Below, in pieces: positions 52,253-61,060 of a stretch of 64,000 nt of DNA (positions are counted from its first letter, which is position 1; every line of letters begins with the position of its first letter). The DNA comes from Anthoceros angustus. Lineage: Eukaryota; Plantae; Anthocerotophyta. Where the stretch lies: positions 992,001-1,056,000 of the forward strand of contig VJWM01000044.1 of the NCBI GenBank assembly GCA_010909165.1. Direction: 5' to 3'. A program made the position numbers and the translations under genes. The notes beneath the pieces were generated by a model. That model searched no databases, was not told the DNA's origin, and saw nothing but the letters and a program-made list of their open reading frames with translations.

Positions 52253-54979
52253 TCAAGCATGGTCTCCACATGAACAGAGGCCGTTGTGAAAATGGTGAAC
52301 ACTGTGGGCATCTCTCACGATGATAGTTCTCCCTTCTACCTTGGAAAGGATTTTAGTGCCACTATGGCAATCGTTGCACATGCGAAGGTTCTTAGTGACC
52401 AGCAAAGTGGACCCGTCTGGAGTGTTGAGCAGGCCAAAAGCCAATGCTAGCTTCTCAGCATGTCCACACAAGGCATCCTCCTTTTCCAACTCTGATACTG
52501 GCTTCAGCACCAACTCGGTGTGTGGAACATGGCCCCGCTCCTTCAGTTGAAGATTCAGGCTCTTCAATTTGGAATCGACATCATCCCTCGCTTCGCCAAC
52601 GGTGAATTCATGCAGTTTGTTGTGCACCTCAATCCAGGCTTGTGCAGGTTTCTTCATGGCACCGGCACCCTTTCGCCTCTTCTCAATGTTGTCCACCTCC
52701 TCCCACATGCCAGCATTTGCGTAAGTGTTAGACATAAGCACATATGCAGCTGCTAGCGTAGGTTCGAGTTCCACTATACGGTCAAAGCACCTCCTTGCTC
52801 GACGCACATCCCCATGGTTCTTGCAGGCACTGAGCAAAGTTCTCCACCCAACAATGTCATGCTTGAAACTGGATGGTCGGCTTTGTAGACTTTCTTCTGC
52901 CTCATCCAAGCGGCCTGACCGGCCAAGAAGATCTACGATGCAATTGTAGTGCTCAACAGTTGGGGAGATACCGTACTCACTCTCCATGCTTTGAAAGTAC
53001 TGGAGACCTTCATCCACCAAGCCCACGTGACTGCATGCATTGAGCAAACAGACAAATGTTGTACCATCAGGTTCTTGTCCTTGTTGGAGCATCTCTTGAA
53101 AGCATTGAATGGCAATTCTGCAGCAGTTATGCTGGCCATAGCCATTCATCAAAGCATTCCACGTTACCACATCTCTAGTAGGCAGCCTATCAAAGACTGT
53201 CCGAGCTTCCTGTAATCTCCCGCATTTTGCATACATGTCCACAAGGGCGCTTCCGATGAAGGCATCTCGTTCAAGTCCCTGCTTTAGAATTTCATCATGA
53301 ATCTGCATGCCCTCTTGAATGGAACCAAGATTGCCACATGCTTTCAAGACGCAAACCAAGATGACATCGTTGGCTGGCAGCATACCATCCTGTTGCAAAC
53401 TCTTATAAAGGTCCAAGGCTTCTCGAAAACAACCCTGCTGGGCATATCCTGTCACCATGGCACTCCATGTCACAACGCTTCTTGCAGGCAACCCGTCAAA
53501 GACATTGCGAGCATCCTTTAAGCAGCCGCATTTCGCATACATGTCCACTAGCGAGTTCCCAACGAGATGATCTACCTGGAATCCGATTTCCACAATGTGT
53601 GAATGGATGTTCTTGCCCATTTGGGTGTCTCCTGAGGTGGCACATGCTTTCAGAACTGAGGCAAACGTAATCTTGTCTGGCTTCACACCACTTTGTTGCA
53701 TCTCCTCATACAGATCAAGAGAATCTCTACCGAGCCCGAATTGTGCATACCCTGATATCATGGCACCCCATGTCACCACGTCCTTGGCCGCCAACCTGTC
53801 GAATACTCTGCGTGCCTCCTTCAAGCTTCCACATTTGGCATACATGTCCACAAGAGTGCACCCAATAACATCTGACTCCAATCCCGTTTGAAGGATTCGG
53901 TCATGAATCTGCCTTCCTGCTTGTAGTGCTCCAATGCTTCCACATGCTATCAGAGCGCTCACAAATGTAACCATGCTTGGAGTTATGCCTTGCTCTTGCA
54001 TGCTCTCAAACAGGTCTAGAGCGACTTGACCATCTCCATGCTGGGCATATCCTGCAATCATCGCACCCCATGTCACCACACTTCTGGACTGTAACCTGTC
54101 AAACACCCTGCGAGCACACTCTAAGCTCCCACACTTGGCATACATGTCCACTAGTGAGTTTCCAACAAACATGTCCGTTTCCAGTCCTTTCTCTAGGATC
54201 AGCGCATGAGTTTGCTTGCCCTTCTGCATAAAACCAACATCAGCACATGCTTTCAAGATGCTCACGAATGTGAACTTGTCTGGACTCAAACCGTCCTGCT
54301 GCATGCAGTTATACAGCTCCAAGGCCTCCTGGCTATGGCCATGCTGAACATAGCCTGCAATCAAGGCACTCCATGTCACAATGTTTCTTGCTGGCAATCT
54401 GTCAAACACTGCACGAGCATCCTCTAGGCTGCCACATTTGGCATACATGTCCACCAGGGTGCTGCCCACAAATATACTGGACTCACAGCCACTATCCATG
54501 ACAGCAGTATGAATGACTTTGCCAGTTGTCAAATCCGCCCTGCTCGCACATACTTTCAGCACTGCCGCAAATACAAAATCATTCGGTTTCACCGATGATT
54601 GCTGCATAGCTTCATACAACTTGATCGCTCGTTCAGCTTCACCATGCTCACCATGAGCTGATATGATAGAAGCCCACACAAATGTGTCTGGTATAGGTAG
54701 CTTAGCAAACACTTGCTGTGCTTCCACCAAACTTCCAGAAGAAGAATACATGCGGATGATATGGTTACCCAGAAAATTGTTGGTCTTATACCCACATTTC
54801 AACACAAGGGTATGCACACGTCTTGCGGCTGCCCAGTTTTTCTGTGCCATGCATCCTTTCAGAACACAATACAACATCTCAGTGGAAATGTGAACTTGCA
54901 GTCGCATAATCTCCAGCTCTTCGACAGCCTGATCAAGATGCCCCTCATCACACAGTTTCTTCCAGACTTCTGTCTCCAA
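52253..54979 (-). CDS. PLS-class PPR protein with E1-E2 and DYW:KP deaminase-like domain (organellar RNA-editing factor); 5' exon(s) lie further upstream
   Basis: About 20 L/S/P motifs (for example VGSTLVDMYAKCGSLEDAR and VVTWGAMIAGYAQHG), E1 and E2, then MKKPAQAWIEV, HAEKLALAFGLLNTPDG, KNLRMCNDCH and CSCGDHA-stop. The ORF-track start is TTG; an acceptor sits at about 55001. Confidence 0.95.
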   Translation of the reverse strand: METEVWKKLCDEGHLDQAVEELEIMRLQVHISTEMLYCVLKGCMAQKNWAAARRVHTLVLKCGYKTNNFLGNHIIRMYSSSGSLVEAQQVFAKLPIPDTFVWASIISAHGEHGEAERAIKLYEAMQQSSVKPNDFVFAAVLKVCASRADLTTGKVIHTAVMDSGCESSIFVGSTLVDMYAKCGSLEDARAVFDRLPARNIVTWSALIAGYVQHGHSQEALELYNCMQQDGLSPDKFTFVSILKACADVGFMQKGKQTHALILEKGLETDMFVGNSLVDMYAKCGSLECARRVFDRLQSRSVVTWGAMIAGYAQHGDGQVALDLFESMQEQGITPSMVTFVSALIACGSIGALQAGRQIHDRILQTGLESDVIGCTLVDMYAKCGSLKEARRVFDRLAAKDVVTWGAMISGYAQFGLGRDSLDLYEEMQQSGVKPDKITFASVLKACATSGDTQMGKNIHSHIVEIGFQVDHLVGNSLVDMYAKCGCLKDARNVFDGLPARSVVTWSAMVTGYAQQGCFREALDLYKSLQQDGMLPANDVILVCVLKACGNLGSIQEGMQIHDEILKQGLERDAFIGSALVDMYAKCGRLQEARTVFDRLPTRDVVTWNALMNGYGQHNCCRIAIQCFQEMLQQGQEPDGTTFVCLLNACSHVGLVDEGLQYFQSMESEYGISPTVEHYNCIVDLLGRSGRLDEAEESLQSRPSSFKHDIVGWRTLLSACKNHGDVRRARRCFDRIVELEPTLAAAYVLMSNTYANAGMWEEVDNIEKRRKGAGAMKKPAQAWIEVHNKLHEFTVGEARDDVDSKLKSLNLQLKERGHVPHTELVLKPVSELEKEDALCGHAEKLALAFGLLNTPDGSTLLVTKNLRMCNDCHSGTKILSKVEGRTIIVRDAHSVHHFHNGLCSCGDHA

Positions 54980-55570
54980 TCCTTTCGTTCTAACTGCCCC
55001 CCTGCAAGACCAGGCAATTGCAACGAGATGACCAAAAACGCCAAAACAACTGAACAGCTCTAGTATTCAGAAGTACAAACTGTATGCTCAAAGCCATACC
55101 TGCCAGGCGACGTACATTCCTGATCAACAGCTGGATCGTTGTATGCTTTACATGACCCGCTAGGACTTACACCATTTCCCAAATGGTCCAGCCACAAACC
55201 CTCCCTATCTGCCCCAGGCGTGAACTCAGAATACTTGGGCTTCTGTGGTGGTCACCCAACAATCAGCTGCCCCAGCAACACCTGCCAGTCCTCAGTGACC
55301 TGCATAATTCCGCTGAAAAGTATCCCCATACCACATCAAAAACATCAGCAGATCAAACTTACCTCACAACACCTATCTCCCCACCACTGAGAAGGATGAA
55401 GCAGCAGATTCTTCCCCAACACCTCCCCACCAAACGACCGATCTGCAACCCACCACCGTAAGGTCAAGCTTCCCAGCACCCAACCAGCAACCCGCAATCA
55501 AACTGATCACATCCTGAATCCGGCACCTCACCCAGCCTATCTCCCAGCTTGCCTCGCTCAGGGGCAGGCC

Positions 55571-55751
55571 GCAAGCTTGATATTCGCCGATACCACATTC
55601 CAGCCAAGAGCACCGTCCTCTTCAACATGCACGCCATCCCGAAGTGGGAGCGGCCCGACCAGTTCGAGCCTGACCGCTTTCTCAACTCCAACATCAACGT
55701 GCTGGGAACACGCCACCAGGTGCTCCTACTGGGGCGGGAAGAAGGATGTGT
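55571..55751 (+). pseudogene. Isolated cytochrome P450 fragment
   Basis: YHIPAKSTVLFNMHAIPKWERPDQFEPDRFLNSNINVLG (PERF-type region), followed in a shifted frame by GAGRRMC (heme-binding motif). No other P450 sequence nearby. Confidence 0.8.
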
Positions 55752-56889
55752 ATGAGGAAATTATCGAAGAATCTTCGATAATTATCGAGGATCTTGTAAG
55801 TTTGCCGCAAATTGTTCATTGATTATGTCAAGTTCACAAACTTCACTTGGCTAGGCTAGTCAGGGCAAGTTTGAAGCATTCGAGCCATACACGAGGCAAA
55901 CAATTTCTCGGAAGTTGACCTTGGAAAATTGTCTGATCAGTTCTTGGCTTTGTCCTTAGCAAAGCGCAGGTCAGCAGCTGTATGGTGTGCCTCTCTTGCT
56001 CTCACTAATGATCCATCGTTTCTCGTGCTGGAGAGCATCCGAGTGCTACTGTTTCTGGGCATGCTAGTTTCTGGACATGACCACTGTGGAGTCCGTCACC
56101 TTGTTCACTGATAATGTCAAGATCACACACTTGTTCAGAAACTTCACTTGTCTAATCTGGCATGTTTGAAGCATTCGAGCCATCCATGAGGGGAAGCAAC
56201 TCCTCGGCCAAATCTGGAACAAGGACTTGAAGTTGATTTGATTGCTGGCATCAGCCTATCAGACCTATTCATGAAATGCGGCAGCTACGAGATGCCCCTA
56301 GCATTCCTAGTCGGAGCGGATGTGCAGCATGCTAGTTTTCTGCCTGTGCATGTCTTTCTCCTGTAGGCGGAGACTCACAAATCGGATCTTTCCAGATGTT
56401 CAAAGCTCAGTGCCGGTAACTTTCGTGTCAAAGCGAAGAAGGTTTACGTAAGGCCTTCGAGGTGGTGCTCGTAAACATTAGAGCATGGATGCATGGATGG
56501 CATCGACATCGGCACGACTCCCCCGCGGCATCCGGAGACCAGTGTGCAGTAAGGCCACTACGCTGGTCAGCTTCTCTCTGGTCATTGCTGGTTGTATCTT
56601 TGAACATTGCCGTTTCCCTCTTGACTCCGGGTGTTATCCGTCAGTCCTCCTGGATACTCTTCCACTCTACTTCGTTTCTAACGTAGTAGACAATACGTGG
56701 GTGAATGCTTCAGGACGGTTCGTTTGCTTGCGATTTGGTTTCTTTGTGATGCCAGGTTTCAACAAATCCACCGCTGCTGAAGGCACTGTCAAAGCGCTGA
56801 ATACACTTCCTGTGACTGCTAGACAGCTGACAAGCCCACGTCTAGAGATTCTGAATTCTATTCTCTATTTCTGAAAATGTGTTGATGTT

Positions 56890-59340
56890 TCATAGACTCT
56901 GTGGAGATCCCCAACTCCTCGCATGCGAAGGGGGGACCAGTTTCAGTTTCCGCATGTACTCAAAATAACTGAGATCATCTGTTTGCATGAAGGATTGAGT
57001 CAACCTGGTGCGTTGCTCTCCAGTTAAACTCTGAAGCTGGGGAAACCTCATCTCTTGTTCATAAGCAGGATCCTTGTGGGCTGGTATCAGCCTCGACTGC
57101 ACATATCTTGCTTGAGAGCTTCCCTCCTTGAAGCAAAGGATTCGGGGGGCTGGAAAACGATGTTCTGAGAGTTCCTGCGCCAGCGTTCTGCACGCTGCCA
57201 AAACTGCTGCACTTTGAGGCTCACTTTTCGCGACTTCAGATCCCACCCAGATGAAAATATCAGTTCCATGGTCCAACACAATGGTAGCATCCGTCTGCAT
57301 CGCCAAGTCATAGGCAGGCAATTCCTCAAATGTCCCCCCCTCGCAATGCATTAGGAGTCGAGGTGCCATCATCCGGAGGGCCAAGTCAAAAGAAGCTTGT
57401 AAGAAGATGTTGGAAAGCACAAGTCTCTCGTCTTCATGGCCAACAATACAGCCCAGGAGAGGCCCTCTCCGCAAGTGAAACAGGAACTCAGGCAGTGCCG
57501 CAATCTCATTCGGAAAGCCTAAAAGGCTGGAACTTGGCATGTGCTTGCCAAACTTTGCAGCAATGTTCTTCAGTCTCTCATCAATCGACAGTCTGATATC
57601 CTTTGCATCTTGTGAGGTCTTGGCTTGCAGCACCATCTTCTTCGACAGCACCACAGCTAATACTTCGTCATCAATGCTCTGCAAGTATGTCGGCACGCTT
57701 GGAGTTGTGGGTAGCCTAATAGTGACAACCCGTGTCACATTCAGCTGGTACATGGTGGTGTACCGAATCACAAACTGGAAGTACAGATAGTCATCCTTCA
57801 AGTTTTCCAACAGCTCCAAGGTCAAGGCAAATCCTTGGGTCTCCTCCATGCTCACCATTTGGACAGCTACAGCTGGATCCTTTCTGAACACTTCTCCGGC
57901 ATCCTGTGCGGTCACTGCTTCTCCAGGACCGATGACCCTTGTCACTCCCACCTCCTTGGAGCACCGCATTTCCAAGATCCCTCTAAACCCAGTTGCTCTC
58001 TTCACTGCTCTCTCCAGATTGAGACCAAAGGTATCACCAAAATCGTCATGCAGCACAAGCGCACCTCCAGATGCTTTCACCAGAGGCTGAACAGAGCTTA
58101 TGTTCACAGGGCATGTTCCAGCTGCCAACACATCCACTGCTGTGTCCAAACGCCTCGCCTCCTGTCCAAGCTGCTCCATCTGCTTGATAGCCTTCTTCTT
58201 CATATACGGGTACGTGGACTGGTCCTCGGGCCCATACAGACCTCCCACACCCAGAGTATTGGGTCCTCCAGCACAAACAATGACCCGACTGCTCCCACCA
58301 GCCCTCTTCACAGACCCCCTGGGCAATTCAGTAGACAGGCCCTCGATCAGCGTGAGCGCCACACGCACGGCAGTGCCCATACACCTATCCCTAACCAGCT
58401 CCGGAACATCCCCCCTGTATGGCCTTAGAGACGAAACAATAGCCTGAGCAATCGGCAGGCAGACATGTAGCGGAGCAAGGTAGACACCAGTGCCATAAAT
58501 GAGCATCTTGAGCAGCTCCTGACTGGGAGGTGCAGGCCCGGGCAGCACATCCGCTGCAGCAAACCCTAGCTCCGACAGATCATAAACCGACACCGTCTTC
58601 CCATACGTGATGATCCCAATCCGGATCGTGTTCGGCAAGGAGTCGAGAAAATAATGCAGCGAGCTCTGCAGAAACGTGAGCTGCGATTCATCCACACACT
58701 CATCCACAATAATCACCACCGGAGCCGACATCGCAGAGTCCGCCACAGACAAGAGCCCCGAACCCCGAGTCCCCGGCTCCACATAGTCCACCACCGAGGC
58801 GGCCAGCTCGGGCCAGGTCTCCATCTCCCCCAGAATGGAAGCCCTATACTCCCTGTCGAAACCGATCACCTTCTTGCACATGCAGCACACCCACTCGCTC
58901 ACCCGGGGCGTCATGCTGCAGTACAAATTGAGATAGGCCCCGCAGTTCTGGCACCGGATCCCCCCCCGGTGCACAGTCCTGGGCCCCGGCAGCACCTGCT
59001 TCCCGGGAAACACCAGCGCTCCCCATCCCAAACTGGCCGTGTTAGCCACGCCCTTGTCCCTGATCACGGCCCGGGACGAGAAGAGCGCAAACGAGGAGGA
59101 CAAGGAGACATCCGGCCCCGGCTCCTCCCCCGCTCCAGATCCATGCGAATTCTGCACCTCCCCTCCCACCTCGTACCCGTTCCCGAACTCGGGCCCCTTA
59201 GAGAAGTCTGTGGAATGCGCATGCCCCGGCGGGGACGAGAGCTCCAGCACCGCATCCGCATCTGGCCCCACGGGGCTCCCGAACCACGGCCCCTCGCCTC
59301 CAGCCGGGTACGCCTCCGCCGGCCGCGCCGACGAGCCCAT
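56890..59340 (-). CDS. SEC23A: SEC23A-type COPII Sec23/Sec24 family protein, intronless
   Basis: Zinc finger RCQNCGAY...WVCCMC, APVVIIVDEC, RDRCMGTAV, VLHDDFG, LFHLRRGPLLG, GGTFEELPAYDL, DHGTDIFIW, FKEGSSQARY and PAHKDPAYEQE. First ATG at 59340; the frame is open to 59448 (GTG). Confidence 0.95.
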   Translation of the reverse strand: MGSSARPAEAYPAGGEGPWFGSPVGPDADAVLELSSPPGHAHSTDFSKGPEFGNGYEVGGEVQNSHGSGAGEEPGPDVSLSSSFALFSSRAVIRDKGVANTASLGWGALVFPGKQVLPGPRTVHRGGIRCQNCGAYLNLYCSMTPRVSEWVCCMCKKVIGFDREYRASILGEMETWPELAASVVDYVEPGTRGSGLLSVADSAMSAPVVIIVDECVDESQLTFLQSSLHYFLDSLPNTIRIGIITYGKTVSVYDLSELGFAAADVLPGPAPPSQELLKMLIYGTGVYLAPLHVCLPIAQAIVSSLRPYRGDVPELVRDRCMGTAVRVALTLIEGLSTELPRGSVKRAGGSSRVIVCAGGPNTLGVGGLYGPEDQSTYPYMKKKAIKQMEQLGQEARRLDTAVDVLAAGTCPVNISSVQPLVKASGGALVLHDDFGDTFGLNLERAVKRATGFRGILEMRCSKEVGVTRVIGPGEAVTAQDAGEVFRKDPAVAVQMVSMEETQGFALTLELLENLKDDYLYFQFVIRYTTMYQLNVTRVVTIRLPTTPSVPTYLQSIDDEVLAVVLSKKMVLQAKTSQDAKDIRLSIDERLKNIAAKFGKHMPSSSLLGFPNEIAALPEFLFHLRRGPLLGCIVGHEDERLVLSNIFLQASFDLALRMMAPRLLMHCEGGTFEELPAYDLAMQTDATIVLDHGTDIFIWVGSEVAKSEPQSAAVLAACRTLAQELSEHRFPAPRILCFKEGSSQARYVQSRLIPAHKDPAYEQEMRFPQLQSLTGEQRTRLTQSFMQTDDLSYFEYMRKLKLVPPSHARSWGSPQSL

Positions 59341-61060
59341 GCCAGCTGCAAAATCAGCTGCCCGCGCAGCAGAATCAATTAATCCCGCTCCCGCTCCTCC
59401 TCCTTCCGGCAATCCATGCCCTGGAGAATCTCGGCAGGATCCAAACACCGAGACGCACGCAACCCTGGCCGGCCGGCTGGCTCACGGATCACCTGCCCGA
59501 CGTCCCTCCCCTTCCTCACGATCCGCGCAGCAACCTCGCTTTCCTGGCTCGCTCCGCTTCCGAAGCATGGCGACCCCGACGTCACGCGGCCCGCGCATCG
59601 GAGCTCTGCCGTCTCCAGCCCCCGCTCGACGTAGGGTAACCCGTAACGCAATTCGCTTCACACAGCCCGTCAAGTGTCGACCCCGTTACTGCACCTTCCC
59701 TTCGTTCGGCAAGGCGGGAACAATCGTTGTTAGAACGTAGGTAAAGAGGGGTCTCCTTGTAAACGGGATAATAAGAACGAGGATGCCCTTGGTGCAAGTA
59801 GCTTGGGCACTCCATGGTACAAAAGTCCCATCACCGGAAAATTCCATCCCAGTGGACACACATTAGGAACTAGGACTTTGTACACCGGGGCTCGCGTGTA
59901 GTTTTTTCTTCTCTCCTTGAAATTAAGTGAGCCATAGTGCGCTCGATAGTGCTCTTCCTGGAGAATCTTCCATTTTTAAAAATTATTTTAGGTTGATAAA
60001 ATAAATTTTAATGAGTTAATAGGTAATTTTAAATACATTTTCTATAAAAATGTCCAACATCTTTGGTCGTTCTGGGAATAAGGGCTACTTCCCCACGCGC
60101 GAGTTAACCTATACATAGGCGGCACACCCCGCGCCGTGGCCTCGATCCTCGTCCCTCTGATTCAAGTTTTCAAAATTTCTAGTTCTCCAAATTTTCATCA
60201 CGACTGCTGCACAAGCAGCCCAATCTTCAAATTTCTCAGCTGGCTCGTAGGCCATCAACTCCCTCCGACAAATTTGGTAAAAATGTGCCAGCATCCAGGA
60301 GCTAATGGGATGAGCCAGTTTCTCACTCTCACGGCAGCGCACAAGCGTGCCCTTAAAAACAACGGCACCTTCCCACCTTGTGCAGACAATAAGGAACAAG
60401 GGGATGCCCATGCCACTTCAATCTTGCTCAAGAAATGCCTACGGGAGCAAAAAGTAGTGAGGACGGCGACCAAATTCAAACAGATCATATCAAACGAATG
60501 CAAGTAAGTGGACCTCCAGCAAACAAAAGATAACGGGTTCAGGCTCTGGCCTGATCATAACATGGCATGGTAGCACCAGTGTAATGGCATCCACATACAA
60601 CGATACACGTCAGTACTGCTGCAATGGAAGACACTCGGACTACACTCTGCAATCACAAATCAGAGGTGATGCTAGGAAGCTGATGCTGGGTCATAGAAAG
60701 TGGCAGGCATACGGGCACATACGGCAGCGTATGGTGGCCTCCTGGTTCCCACACATCAACACAAAGAAGCTATCCTCTCACGGAACCAATGCTGGGCTCG
60801 TCAGATTTAGACACAGCAAAATGGCAAGCGACCAGACGGCTTCTCGTTTCGCGATTAAAAAAAGAGGAAGGAAGGAAAGACCTGGGCCCTGGGGCTCTGC
60901 AGTCTGCAGCCCTCGGCGAGGTAGGTTGACCGTAAGGTAACCACCTTCGCACAGGCGGTTCAGTTACGCCCGCTCCTCTTCGTTCTCGTTCGGCAGGGCG
61001 GGAACGACGACACGAAGAGAACAAAGGAAGAGAAGAATTTGCGTTTTAACGTCGTTGGAT

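Noticed and set aside
60100-60950. ORFs between SEC23A and MurE
   Set aside because: Short, on both strands and without a recognisable domain; treated as divergent promoter or intergenic DNA.
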